Part shown: positions 27,419-37,578 of the stretch, one piece after another | Numbering within the stretch: the first letter of the stretch is position 1 | How the letters are laid out: each line of letters begins with the position of its first letter | NCBI GenBank assembly: GCA_028717645.1 | Contig: JAQUNK010000001.1 | Coordinates: 4,184 to 68,183, forward strand | Length of the DNA: 64,000 nt | Direction of reading: 5' to 3' | DNA from: Candidatus Omnitrophota bacterium | Lineage (GTDB): Bacteria; Omnitrophota; Gorgyraeia; Gygaellales; JAMWDD01 | Translations under genes and position numbers: made by a program | Notes under the pieces: generated by a model | Databases searched by the model: none | What the model saw: only the letters and a program-made list of their open reading frames with translations | What the model was told of the DNA's origin: nothing

Positions 27419-28594
27419 ATGCGGATACTTCTTATCCATCCACATGATATTTTTTCTCCCTCTGAGCCTTGGACAAGGCGGATAAGGGCCTTTGCGAAAG
27501 AATTTACAAAGAGCGGGCACGAGGTGAAGCTTGTTTATTTTCCTTCAGCCGATTCCAATACCGGTAATAAGGAGCCAGCTTTTCCCGTCGGTTACGAAGT
27601 CATATCTTTGAGCCGTTCGCAATCGCCGGTAATTTTTATTAAAAATATTATTGAAATTACGAAATTAGCCAAATGGTCCGACGTAGTCCATTTTCAGAAA
27701 TGCCATCATTATGCAGCTCTACCGGCCGTCATAGCTTCTTATATTACGGGCAAACATTTACATTACGACTGGGATGATTGGGAAGAGCAAATATGGTATG
27801 AATCGTGCGGTGAGAGTGCGCACTCTTTATTTATCGGTTCTTTTTTTAAAATCCTGGAAAGGGTCCTGCCGTTATTATCCGATACTCTTTCCGTGTCGAG
27901 TAGTTGCTTAAGAGATCTGGCACTAGGATTTGGTGTAAGCGAAAAAAATATTTATCTTGCTCCGGTGGGAGCGGATCCAGAAGAATTCGATCTCAATTTA
28001 GATGGCAGCGAGATAAGAAAAAAATATAATATCGCCTCGCCTCTGATTTTATATGTAGGGCAGCTTCATGGCGCCCAGTACATAGATTTATTTATCAAGG
28101 CGGCGAATATTATCCTGCATAATGAACCAGGTGTTAAATTTATGATCGTGGGGAAAGGATTCATGGAAGAGTCTTTGAAGAGATTGACTTTTGAATTGGG
28201 GATAAACGATAAGGTCATATTTACCGGATCGGTCCCCCATGATGAAATCCCTCAATATATTGCCGCAGCCGATATTTGTGTGGCGCCTTTTAAAGATACA
28301 AAGGCTGTCCGCTGTAAAAGCCCTTTAAAAATAGTTGAATATATGGCTATGGGTAAGCCGGTAGTTGCTAGCTCTGTGGGCGAAGCAAGAATTATGCTGG
28401 GCGGAGTAGGGGTTATGGTTTCACCCGGAGATTACCGCGCCCTCGCGGGCGGGATCTCGAGGCTGCTTAAGGACAATGTTTTAAAAGAAAATTTAGGGAT
28501 ATTCGCTCGTAAAAGAATAGAAAAAAAGTACAATTGGCGCAATATTTCTAGTTGCTTGGTGGCCGCATATAAGAACAATGCAGCCGAACAATAA
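27419..28594 (+). CDS. Glycosyltransferase family 4
   Basis: GT-B fold with FMIVGKG ... EYMAMGKPVVASSVGEA ... G. Confidence 0.8.
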   Translation: MRILLIHPHDIFSPSEPWTRRIRAFAKEFTKSGHEVKLVYFPSADSNTGNKEPAFPVGYEVISLSRSQSPVIFIKNIIEITKLAKWSDVVHFQKCHHYAALPAVIASYITGKHLHYDWDDWEEQIWYESCGESAHSLFIGSFFKILERVLPLLSDTLSVSSSCLRDLALGFGVSEKNIYLAPVGADPEEFDLNLDGSEIRKKYNIASPLILYVGQLHGAQYIDLFIKAANIILHNEPGVKFMIVGKGFMEESLKRLTFELGINDKVIFTGSVPHDEIPQYIAAADICVAPFKDTKAVRCKSPLKIVEYMAMGKPVVASSVGEARIMLGGVGVMVSPGDYRALAGGISRLLKDNVLKENLGIFARKRIEKKYNWRNISSCLVAAYKNNAAEQ

Positions 28595-28610
28595 AGATCG
28601 ATAAGGGTAT

Positions 28611-29711
28611 ATGAAAATAATCTTTATTACTCGAGAAGGATACGATTTGGCCGGAGCAAGGATAAGATGCTATAATTTTTCCAGAGAAATAGCCAGCTCT
28701 GGCATAAAAACCGAAGTCTTTTCGTTTAAGGATTGCCTGGGCGCGAAGGATGGCCAGGAAGAATCCGAGATGAACTTTAGAGAGAAGATAAAGTATAATT
28801 ATCTGGCCTTTAAGAAGATATCTCAAGATAAAGAAGCTATTTTATATTTACAGCGCTTTAATTACCATGCCTTGGCTCCGTACCTGGCGCATCTAGTGAA
28901 TAAAAATAGGCTTATCCTTGATCTTGACGACTGGGAAATGAGGGAGGACCCACGCTACCTTTGTGGCGTTTGGCCATTATCCAAGGCACATTTTTTTACT
29001 AAGCGTATTGCAAGAAGTAGTGTTATTTGTATCGCTGCTAGTAGTTTTCTTCAGCAGTTTCTTGCACAATTCAACAAAAAAGTATACCTTGTTCCTACGG
29101 GAGTGGATACAGAGCTGTTCAGGCCTTCTTCGGAAAGATCGAATAAAGATAAGGTTATCTTCTCTTGGGTAGGGACTTTTCATAAGAATGAGTATATAAA
29201 TAACCTGAAACTTGCAATCGATTGTTTTATGGCTTTAAGAAATAAATACGACCATATTTATTTTGAAATAGCCGGAGACGGGATCCATAAAAATAGCATA
29301 GGTAAGATAATAAATGAGAATGGCGATCCTCATATTCTGTTAAAAGAATGGATCCGCCCCGGCGATATGCCTGAATATTTAGATAATATCGACATCGGGC
29401 TTTTACCGATAGCCGAAGATAATAACTTCAATAGGGCAAAGAGCCCTACAAAGCTTTTTGAATATATGGCTATGGCCAAGCCTGCGATTTGTAGTAGTAT
29501 TGGAGAAGCAAAAAATATAATAAAAGATGGAGAGAGCGGCTTATTGGCAGGAACTAAAGATGAATTTATCAAGAAAATGCAGTTTCTTGTTGAGAATCCC
29601 GGTCTTTCTAGAAAAATAGGAATAAACGCCAGAAGGATTGTACAGGAAAATTTTTCTTTGCGTATATTAGGAAAGCGGTTATGCGGTGCATTCAAGGCCA
29701 TGCAATGCTAA
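28611..29711 (+). CDS. Glycosyltransferase family 4 (tandem paralog of the previous gene)
   Basis: FEIAGDG ... FEYMAMAKPAICSSIGEAKNIIKDGESGLL. It shares the EYMAM.KP motif with its neighbour. Confidence 0.8.
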   Translation: MKIIFITREGYDLAGARIRCYNFSREIASSGIKTEVFSFKDCLGAKDGQEESEMNFREKIKYNYLAFKKISQDKEAILYLQRFNYHALAPYLAHLVNKNRLILDLDDWEMREDPRYLCGVWPLSKAHFFTKRIARSSVICIAASSFLQQFLAQFNKKVYLVPTGVDTELFRPSSERSNKDKVIFSWVGTFHKNEYINNLKLAIDCFMALRNKYDHIYFEIAGDGIHKNSIGKIINENGDPHILLKEWIRPGDMPEYLDNIDIGLLPIAEDNNFNRAKSPTKLFEYMAMAKPAICSSIGEAKNIIKDGESGLLAGTKDEFIKKMQFLVENPGLSRKIGINARRIVQENFSLRILGKRLCGAFKAMQC

Positions 29712-30556
29712 AAATATCCATAATAGTTATTACATACAATAGTTTAAAATTTATAGAGCCATGCCTTAATTCGATATTTTTTCAAGACTACCGCCAGATC
29801 GATGTAACAGTTATTGATAATAATTCAACAGATGGAACCCCGGATCTTATCAAGGAAAAATTTCCGCAGGTAAGAATTATCGAAAACAATTCTAACGTCG
29901 GCGCGGCAAAGGCAAGGAATCAGGGCGTAGAGAGCGCAAGTGGTGAGTGGATCATAACTTTGGATTGTGATACGGTGCTTGAAAGGCAATTTATTTCAAG
30001 TATAGTGGCCACCGTAGAAATGCTTCCTGAAAATGTCGGCATAATACAGCCGAAGATATTAAAGAGCGATAAGAAAACAATTTATTCTACGGGCATCTTT
30101 CTTTCTTCTTTAAGAAGGTTTTATGATATGGGCCAGGGAAAAATCGATAATGATGAATTTAGCAATCGTAAAAATATTTTCGGCGCATGTTCCGCCTCCG
30201 CCGTATATCGTAGTAAAATGCTCAAAGAAATAAAAGAAACTACGGGATATTTTGATGAAAGATTTTTCTTTTTAGTGGAAGATGTGGATTTGTCGTGGCG
30301 CGCCCAGAGGCATAATTATAAAACGCTCTATCTGCCGGAAGCGGTATGTTACCATTACGGTAATAGCTCCGGCCATAACAAGAAAATAAGGAGATATCTT
30401 TGTTTCCGGAACCGCTTGTTATTAATTTTAAAAAACGAAAGGCTTATGGGTAAAGTTAAGCTTTTTCCCGTTTTTTTTATATATGACCTACCAAGGGCAT
30501 TATTGCTCATATCTTATGCGGCGATAGGCCGTAGCAAAAACCGCATAGCGGTATAG
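29705..30556 (+). CDS. Glycosyltransferase family 2
   Basis: ISIIVITYNS ... IDVTVIDNNSTDGT and the DxD region TLDCDTVL. The internal ATG start overlaps the upstream stop (ATGCTAA). Confidence 0.75.
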   Translation: MLKISIIVITYNSLKFIEPCLNSIFFQDYRQIDVTVIDNNSTDGTPDLIKEKFPQVRIIENNSNVGAAKARNQGVESASGEWIITLDCDTVLERQFISSIVATVEMLPENVGIIQPKILKSDKKTIYSTGIFLSSLRRFYDMGQGKIDNDEFSNRKNIFGACSASAVYRSKMLKEIKETTGYFDERFFFLVEDVDLSWRAQRHNYKTLYLPEAVCYHYGNSSGHNKKIRRYLCFRNRLLLILKNERLMGKVKLFPVFFIYDLPRALLLISYAAIGRSKNRIAV

Positions 30557-30572
30557 AAAGAAGTGAGACCTT

Positions 30573-31910
30573 ATGAAAAAAATTGATACTGATTTTCTCA
30601 TTATCGGGGCAGGCTGGAGCGGTTTAGTCGCAGCCGAAATTCTATCTAGTAAAAATCAGAAGGTACTAGTCTTGGAAAAGGAAGCAGAAGTTGGAGGCCT
30701 GGCAAGGACTTTTAATTTTAAAGGATTTAAATTTGACATCGGAGGGCACGGTCTATTTTTTAAGAACCAAAGGAATATCTCCTATCTTAAGAACCTGATC
30801 GAACAAAATGAACTCTTGGTTTTAAAAAGAAACAGCAAGCTTTTATTCAAGAACAAATATATCGATTACCCGGTAAATATCCGCTCGCTGTTCACTTTCA
30901 ATAAAAAAGATATGCTTAAGATAATGTTCAATTTATTAAGCTTGAATAAAAATAAAAGGAGAGATAATTTTGAAGAATGGATAAAGTCCAATTACGGGCA
31001 GCATTTATATAAAATTTACTTCCGTGATTATACCAATAAAGTATGGGGTATCCCATGCGATCAGCTATCCGCGGCATGGGCGGATACAAGGATCGGGGGG
31101 AGTAATTTATTAAAATATTTAAAAAAGTTTTTTATGAATGATTACAGCGTCAAAGAGTCTGCACGTTCTTTTTATTATCCGCGCAAAGGGATCGGTTTAT
31201 TAGTGGAAACCCTAGAGCAAAAACTCAAAGAGAGCAGTATATATAAAAATGTTCAGTTACAGCAATTCCATAATGAAAACGGTAGATTAAGTTCCTTATC
31301 TTTTATGCATAATGGTTCTCCTGCTGAAGTATCGTTTAAGCATGTCATTTCTTCTATTCCGGTCAGGGAACTTGTCAAAACCTTGCCCTTGCACAAGAAT
31401 CATGAATTTATGGGTATTGAAGCAGGTATAAAATACCGGAGCTTGATCATAGTGAGTATCGAAATAAACCGGAAAAATGTCTCTAATTGGCACTGGTGTT
31501 ATATTCCGTCCAAAGATGTAATATTTTCCAGGATCCATGAGCCTAAATTTTGGAGCTTAGATATGGCAGAAAAGGAAAAGACCTTGCTATGTGTAGAAAT
31601 TTTTTGCGACAAAAATGATGCAGTATGGAATAAGGAGGAAAGCGAGATCGCAAAAGTTGCTATTGAAGGCCTGCGGCGCCTAGAACTGATCAAGAAGGAA
31701 GATAAAATTATTGATTATTGCATCAAGAAAATAGATTATGCCTATCCGCTTTATTATAATGGCGCGGAAAAGAGTTTAAGTACTATAAAGAGCCTAATAA
31801 ATTCTTTTTCTAATTTACGATTGATCGGTCGTAGCGGTACGCATTCTTATTTCGACATGGAAGAGTGCCTTGATAATGTAAGGCAGGAAATTAATCTTAT
31901 ATCAGGTTAA
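30573..31910 (+). CDS. FAD/NAD(P)-binding flavoenzyme, Glf (UDP-galactopyranose mutase)-like. Paralog 2.
   Basis: The GxGxxG motif LIIGAGWSGLVAAEIL ... EKEAEVGG. The YFRDYTNKVWG and C-terminal GRSGTHSYFDMEECLDNV parallel Glf YTEKQWG and GRLAEYKYYDMHQVI. Confidence 0.6.
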   Translation: MKKIDTDFLIIGAGWSGLVAAEILSSKNQKVLVLEKEAEVGGLARTFNFKGFKFDIGGHGLFFKNQRNISYLKNLIEQNELLVLKRNSKLLFKNKYIDYPVNIRSLFTFNKKDMLKIMFNLLSLNKNKRRDNFEEWIKSNYGQHLYKIYFRDYTNKVWGIPCDQLSAAWADTRIGGSNLLKYLKKFFMNDYSVKESARSFYYPRKGIGLLVETLEQKLKESSIYKNVQLQQFHNENGRLSSLSFMHNGSPAEVSFKHVISSIPVRELVKTLPLHKNHEFMGIEAGIKYRSLIIVSIEINRKNVSNWHWCYIPSKDVIFSRIHEPKFWSLDMAEKEKTLLCVEIFCDKNDAVWNKEESEIAKVAIEGLRRLELIKKEDKIIDYCIKKIDYAYPLYYNGAEKSLSTIKSLINSFSNLRLIGRSGTHSYFDMEECLDNVRQEINLISG

Positions 31911-31933
31911 AGCAGCGATTATATTTAGTGGCT

Positions 31934-32680
31934 ATGAAGAAGAATACTTTATCAATAATAATACCAGCACATGACGAAGAGGCCTCAATTTCCGCGGTTA
32001 TAGACAAATGCATAGAAGCCAGGGGAACCATATATAAGAATACTTCTATTAAAAATGTAGAAATTATCGTGGTCAATGACGGCTCGACGGATAGGACGGA
32101 AAAGATCGCGAAGACGTATGAATTTTGTAAAGAAATCTCCCTGATTTCATATAAAGAAAAAAAGAGTTACGGAGCAGCGCTCAAGATGGGTATAAGCAGG
32201 GCAAGGGGAAATTATATTTCTTTTATAGATGCCGATTCTACATATGATCCGGAATATTTCGTAAATTTATTTAATAATCTAGAGAATAGAAAAGCAGATA
32301 TTTCGATAGGTTCGCGCATGACACCGGCTAACGATATGCCGATAATAAGAAAATTCAGTAATCTTATAGGAGCATTTTTGATTACTGTTTTAAGCCAGAA
32401 AAGAATTACGGATATAGCCAGCGGTATGGTCTTGATCAACAAAGAAGTTTATGAAAAGATCCTGCCTCTGCCAGATGGCTTAGATTTCACCCTTGCAATA
32501 ACCGTTAAAGGCTTGATGTCTCCCGGCATAAAGATAATCGAGACTTTTGTGCCGTATAGGAAAAGAGTCGGTAAATCAAAATTAAATTTTTTGGTAGATG
32601 GCCCGAAGATCGTCGCAACATTCATTAAATTAGGATTTTACCAAGGGTTTATTAAGTCGCAGTATTTTTGTACTAACTAA
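31934..32680 (+). CDS. GT2 polyprenol-phosphate glycosyltransferase (DPM1/ArnC/GtrB-like)
   Basis: LSIIIPAHDEEASI ... VVNDGSTDRTEKIA ... FIDADSTYDP, about 250 aa with no TM anchor. It is encoded next to a GT-C-like membrane protein. Confidence 0.7.
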   Translation: MKKNTLSIIIPAHDEEASISAVIDKCIEARGTIYKNTSIKNVEIIVVNDGSTDRTEKIAKTYEFCKEISLISYKEKKSYGAALKMGISRARGNYISFIDADSTYDPEYFVNLFNNLENRKADISIGSRMTPANDMPIIRKFSNLIGAFLITVLSQKRITDIASGMVLINKEVYEKILPLPDGLDFTLAITVKGLMSPGIKIIETFVPYRKRVGKSKLNFLVDGPKIVATFIKLGFYQGFIKSQYFCTN

Positions 32681-32695
32681 AGATTCCTTCCGTGT

Positions 32696-34165
32696 TTAAT
32701 CGATATATTGATACAAGTAAAAACTTTCATCTTCCGCGCCGAGCGGATTATTCTTACTTTTATCTGTCTTATATAAAAGCCTAAATTTTTTCCCCTCCGT
32801 AGGATCTAAACCAGTTATCAATAAAAAGATTTTTTTCCCCTTGTTCGGAAACTTTTCCTTAGCCCTGGATATAGTTTCAAAAGCTGATAGGGGATGGGAG
32901 AGGCGATTCTGGAGGGAAAAAATAACATATGTACCAAATTCTTTTTCTCCTGCATACCAGAATTTCGCGTGGGGTAAATATGGCAAAAGCGCTGAGGCGC
33001 TTGGCGAATTTTGCGCGATAATTATACTGTCATCCAAGTCGTTCTTTTGTATGAATTCTGCCATATCTCTGGCTCCGGAAAAACAATATTTATACTCCAG
33101 AAGATATGCCTTTATGGTAAATATCACGGATAGGATCAGGCAGATATTTAAAAAAAACAAGGACAATCTTGTGTAGTCCTTAATAAATAGCGATTTTAGT
33201 AAACGCTTATCTGTTTTTTCTTTTACGTGATTACTGTAATAGGTGGCTATCCATAGTGAAAAAATCAGAATAATAAGCAGGAAACCGGCATGCCATCGTT
33301 CGGCGGAGTGGAAGATGAGAACATAGAATAATCCGGTATACGAGAGAGCCAAAATAGAGAAGGCCATCGCTTCTGTTAGTATTGGCAGGGCCATTATAAT
33401 CAATATGATTGAGGCTAAGGAGATATAAAACAATGATGAGGGGGCGAATGGAATAAATGTTCTTGCTATAGCATAAAATGGCTCTAGGTAATTAGTTTTA
33501 TAGAACAGGTCGAAATTAAATAGATACCAACTATCTTTATAGGGATAAATTTGCAAGATGGCCAATACAGATCCCAAGAGCATGATAAGTATGGATAGGT
33601 AGGTTTTTTTATCGCGCACTGCGTATTTATGGAATTCTAAGATAAAGATAATGATTAAGGCAAATGCGGGAAATATGCTTAAAGCGTTGGTGTTGCTTAA
33701 TAAAAATATCAATAATGAATAAATAATGGGCAGCTTGAATCGTTTAGGATATAAAATGGCGATTAAAAAGAGCAGAAGAATGCTTATGCTATAATTTCTA
33801 GCTATAACCGAATATTCATAAGCCAGGTAATAAGAAAAAATAAATAACAACTTAGTCAGGTTCGGAAAGGGGGCATAGTATAAGAATAGCGTTACGGCAG
33901 CAATGGCGATAAATAGATGGATGATGAATTGTGTTATAAATGGAAGACCGGCCTTAGCAAAAGGCATTATCAGCAGATGCCATAAGGCGGGGGTTGCTTC
34001 GTAGTGCATTGATTTAAACAGAGAAAATAAGTTTGCATCCCTTGCTAAAAGCCATGCCTGGGCTTCGTCTCTCCAGGGTTCATGATGCATAATCGCAAAT
34101 ACATTAATTACTGTATAGACTAAAATTAATAAGGGGATAAGATATATAATAATATTTTTTTTCAT
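32696..34165 (-). CDS. GT-C-fold-like polytopic membrane protein (putative polyprenol-phosphate-sugar-dependent glycosyltransferase)
   Basis: More than 10 TM helices. The first extracytoplasmic loop has EPWRDEAQAW, a DE-containing motif like ArnT/PMT. The start was chosen at MKKNIIIY to abut the downstream gene. Confidence 0.45.
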   Translation of the reverse strand: MKKNIIIYLIPLLILVYTVINVFAIMHHEPWRDEAQAWLLARDANLFSLFKSMHYEATPALWHLLIMPFAKAGLPFITQFIIHLFIAIAAVTLFLYYAPFPNLTKLLFIFSYYLAYEYSVIARNYSISILLLFLIAILYPKRFKLPIIYSLLIFLLSNTNALSIFPAFALIIIFILEFHKYAVRDKKTYLSILIMLLGSVLAILQIYPYKDSWYLFNFDLFYKTNYLEPFYAIARTFIPFAPSSLFYISLASIILIIMALPILTEAMAFSILALSYTGLFYVLIFHSAERWHAGFLLIILIFSLWIATYYSNHVKEKTDKRLLKSLFIKDYTRLSLFFLNICLILSVIFTIKAYLLEYKYCFSGARDMAEFIQKNDLDDSIIIAQNSPSASALLPYLPHAKFWYAGEKEFGTYVIFSLQNRLSHPLSAFETISRAKEKFPNKGKKIFLLITGLDPTEGKKFRLLYKTDKSKNNPLGAEDESFYLYQYID

Positions 34166-35280
34166 TTCGGGCTGATATTGCGTAATAGGGAATTGACTTT
34201 TAGGATCAACGATCTTATCAGTAGCTTCGGCCAATATTTAATATTAAAAATAATATTAACAGTGACAAAGCACTCATGGGTGCAATAGCACTTGTTCTTT
34301 TTTATTAACTGGCGGCTTATTTCAGCTTTCTGCGAAAACCATATTTTTTTAAAATCATAACCAAAATCACGGATATTACCCCAATTTTCTTCTCTTATTT
34401 CGCAGGGATATATCTTCCCATTATGAGATAGGACAAAGGCCAGCTTTCCCGCATAGCACGGTATCTTGTATCTATTATATTTAGCAATCTCATAAATCAT
34501 ATTCCTGCTAATTAGATTCTTGGCATTAATTACTTCAGACAGGAAAAAATGCTGATAACCCGCCATTTTCTTGTTTTTTAGATCATTATCGATAAGTAAA
34601 TTCAATTTCTTAAAATTCTCTATATTCTTTACTTTGGCGTCTTTTGATCGCGGGTTGCCCCTTGTTAAAGTATTAAATATATTTTTGGCTGCGAATATGT
34701 CTTTAATAGCAGGGTATATTTTATCTAATGCATCTTCGTTGTAAGAAGATACATTGATAGTGATATTTACGTTAAAATTATTATATTTTTCCTGTAAATC
34801 CTTTAATCCCTTATATGTTTCCAGGCATTTTGCAAATAGGCCAGGGTGTTTTCTTATTTCATCATGCTTTACACCTATCTGGTCGATTGAAATACTTACG
34901 CCTATATGCATATTGGGGCATCTTTTAGCCATTTCTTCGCTATGCATAATTATTTTGTCTGTTAAGCTGCCATTTGTTGGAATTTGGATCTTGGCCACTT
35001 TATTATTTTTATAATAAATATATGCGATTTCTGCTATGTCATTTCTAAGAAAAGGTTCTCCGCCGGTCAAGAAAACGAATAATAACTTTCCGGCGTGCAG
35101 AGAAAACTTCTCTATCTCATCCAGCGAGAGTTCTGCGTCCTTAGATGCGAAGCGATCGATAAAACAATGGCCGCATTTGCACGTGCACCTGTTGGTAATG
35201 AAATGTATGAGATAAACAGGCATTGTATTATTCTTATTAATAAGCGAGGGCAAAGAATTAAGAAAATTTTTTGGGATCAT
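34162..35280 (-). CDS. Radical SAM protein with a SPASM/twitch domain
   Basis: FITNRCTCKCGHCF (C-x3-C-x2-C) and FLTGGEPF. The C-terminal cysteines are CYAGKLA ... YPCEI ... CYCTHECF. Confidence 0.75.
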   Translation of the reverse strand: MIPKNFLNSLPSLINKNNTMPVYLIHFITNRCTCKCGHCFIDRFASKDAELSLDEIEKFSLHAGKLLFVFLTGGEPFLRNDIAEIAYIYYKNNKVAKIQIPTNGSLTDKIIMHSEEMAKRCPNMHIGVSISIDQIGVKHDEIRKHPGLFAKCLETYKGLKDLQEKYNNFNVNITINVSSYNEDALDKIYPAIKDIFAAKNIFNTLTRGNPRSKDAKVKNIENFKKLNLLIDNDLKNKKMAGYQHFFLSEVINAKNLISRNMIYEIAKYNRYKIPCYAGKLAFVLSHNGKIYPCEIREENWGNIRDFGYDFKKIWFSQKAEISRQLIKKNKCYCTHECFVTVNIIFNIKYWPKLLIRSLILKVNSLLRNISPK

Positions 35281-36290
35281 AAATATTTTTTGCCTTTTAT
35301 AAAAGTAAAAATACCGGATAAGATTCCTACGCCCTGGAAAAAAGCTACCAAAGGCAGGTATGCCAGACTCAGTATTAAAAAATATGCACCCCTTTTTTTA
35401 TAAATATAATAAATAAATCTAATGTTAAGTAAAATGCATAAAAAATATAGCATAAGTGTTAATGATATGTTCCTGGAATTAGGATTTAGGATAGTAAAGG
35501 CCGATAAGACCGGCAGCATCATGGCGATAGGTATGGATAGCAGGTAATTTATTCTTGGTGCGCACATTAGTATCTCTTCCTTCTTGTACTCTTTTTTCCT
35601 TAAAATAATTTTTATTGCTCCGCTTCCTTTGCGGTAATTCAATGCGAATAAACCGCATAGAGAGAGTTCTTTATAATGCTTTAAGCGCACATTCCGCAGA
35701 ACCTCTATTTTGATTCCCGCTTCATTTAATCTTTGGCCGAATTCCATGTCTTCGATGCTGGATGAGGTATAATTTACATCAAAGCCATTTAATTCCATAA
35801 ATGTCTTTTTTGAAATTCCCGCAAAACTTGTATAAAAAATAGGAAAGTCCCCCTTAAAGGACAAATAATGGTAGTTCATATAGATATTTTCATAAGTAGA
35901 GGAATTATTTTTAAATATCGTTTTTTCATCAAGGACCCCTATATATGCTTTTTTATCATCATTGCTTAACGCCGCATATAATATATCAAGATGCACAGGG
36001 TTTATTTCAATATCAGAGTCAATAAAAACAATATATTGTGATTGGGCTTTCTTGGCGCCTATATTTCTTGCAAAAGCAGGGCCTTTACTTTTAGCAAAAA
36101 TAAATAATTTAATTTGTTCACCATGCGGGATATTCTCAATAGTATTTTTTGATCCGTCGTCTATAAGAATAATCTCATAATTTCTTTCTATTAGGGTTTC
36201 CAACGTGGGTAGCAGCGTTTTTTTTAATAAATCCCCATTATTTTTAATAGGTATAATAATCGATAATTTATATTTCTGCATATTAACCAA
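35277..36290 (-). CDS. Glycosyltransferase family 2 with a C-terminal membrane anchor
   Basis: LSIIIPIKNNGDLL ... YEIILIDDGS ... FIDSDIE, with C-terminal TM helices. Confidence 0.75.
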   Translation of the reverse strand: MVNMQKYKLSIIIPIKNNGDLLKKTLLPTLETLIERNYEIILIDDGSKNTIENIPHGEQIKLFIFAKSKGPAFARNIGAKKAQSQYIVFIDSDIEINPVHLDILYAALSNDDKKAYIGVLDEKTIFKNNSSTYENIYMNYHYLSFKGDFPIFYTSFAGISKKTFMELNGFDVNYTSSSIEDMEFGQRLNEAGIKIEVLRNVRLKHYKELSLCGLFALNYRKGSGAIKIILRKKEYKKEEILMCAPRINYLLSIPIAMMLPVLSAFTILNPNSRNISLTLMLYFLCILLNIRFIYYIYKKRGAYFLILSLAYLPLVAFFQGVGILSGIFTFIKGKKYL

Positions 36291-37578
36291 TGATTTTTTC
36301 TGCTACATTTAAGCCATTAATGATTGAATGGTCCATATTGTTATACCAGAATAACCCTGTTCTGCCGGCCATATATAGATTTCTATATGTTTTTAACCTT
36401 GAGTTCGCCTCTGCTAGATTTGTTTCATAATTCAAATAGAGGATGGGATATGCCTCATTAATTTTTTCTATATGAAGCGCCTTTATATGTTTGATTTGAT
36501 TAATAATCCCGAGTTTAAGCATCTCAGTTTTTATTTTTTCAACTAATTGCTCTGGGTTATTCCATACGCTGTCTTTTTCTGGGCAGGTAACTTCAGCGCA
36601 TAAAGCAGTTGTGCCTTTGGGGCTATTATACTTGCTAAACATGGAATAATTGGTTATCCTTACGAATGGGATATCTTTATCGCTAAAGTAGCACCATTGA
36701 TACTTATTCTCTATTTCTGTATCAATTTCAAAATTATATAGGACGGTATTAAGGTAGTCTAACCTAGGCTTAGGCAGATTCAATAGCTTAGATATCGCGT
36801 GGATGGACCCGGTCCAGATAATATCATCGATTTTTTCTTCCTTACCAGAGATGGATATAGACTCGATCTTTTGATCGGCACAGATTATCTTGTCGATTTC
36901 TTTATTAGTGAGTATTTTTCCGCCATATTCTTCGATCGCGGCGGAAATTTTATTAGGAAAAGTATCTATGCCGTTAATCGGATATATGAATTTTATTGTA
37001 TTTTTGCGTAAAAACATCGTATAGATGAGTTCAGATAATGAATTGGTATTTAATTTTTCATCGATCGCCGCTCTCTCTAGGGCTATTTTGGCCCAATATT
37101 TGTGGACTTTCTTGGGGTCTGCTTTAAGGAATTTCAAGGTATAATTCTCGAAGAAACATTTATATAATGTCTTAGTATATCGGTTACTAACGTATTCTTT
37201 AAAGTTATTCGGCTCCATTTTTTTCTGTAGAATTAAGTCTACGCAGGTTTTTATCAAAATATTTACTGGTAATCGAAAGATATCACTAGGGCTTAATGGC
37301 CAATCGAGGTATTTACTAAATAAGTAAATACCGGATTTTCTAGGTATGATTATTTTCTCTTTCAGGATATCATTTATAAAATTTGATACTTGGGGTACTT
37401 TAGTATAGAGTCTGTGCGGCCCTATATCAAAAGTATAACCGTTGTATCTAAAACTTCTCGCCAATCCCCCTGAATTCCCTTCTTTTTCGACAACTAAGAC
37501 TTTGTATCCTGCTTTCGTAAGCTTATACGCCGCTGTCAATCCGCATATCCCGGCTCCAACAACAACTATTTTTTTCAT
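36283..37578 (-). CDS. FAD/NAD(P)-binding flavoenzyme, Glf-like. Paralog 3.
   Basis: MKKIVVVGAGICGLTAAYKL ... EKEGNSGG, with a C-terminal GRTGLFWYNNMDHSIINGL. The ATG directly abuts the upstream stop. Confidence 0.6.
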   Translation of the reverse strand: MKKIVVVGAGICGLTAAYKLTKAGYKVLVVEKEGNSGGLARSFRYNGYTFDIGPHRLYTKVPQVSNFINDILKEKIIIPRKSGIYLFSKYLDWPLSPSDIFRLPVNILIKTCVDLILQKKMEPNNFKEYVSNRYTKTLYKCFFENYTLKFLKADPKKVHKYWAKIALERAAIDEKLNTNSLSELIYTMFLRKNTIKFIYPINGIDTFPNKISAAIEEYGGKILTNKEIDKIICADQKIESISISGKEEKIDDIIWTGSIHAISKLLNLPKPRLDYLNTVLYNFEIDTEIENKYQWCYFSDKDIPFVRITNYSMFSKYNSPKGTTALCAEVTCPEKDSVWNNPEQLVEKIKTEMLKLGIINQIKHIKALHIEKINEAYPILYLNYETNLAEANSRLKTYRNLYMAGRTGLFWYNNMDHSIINGLNVAEKIIG

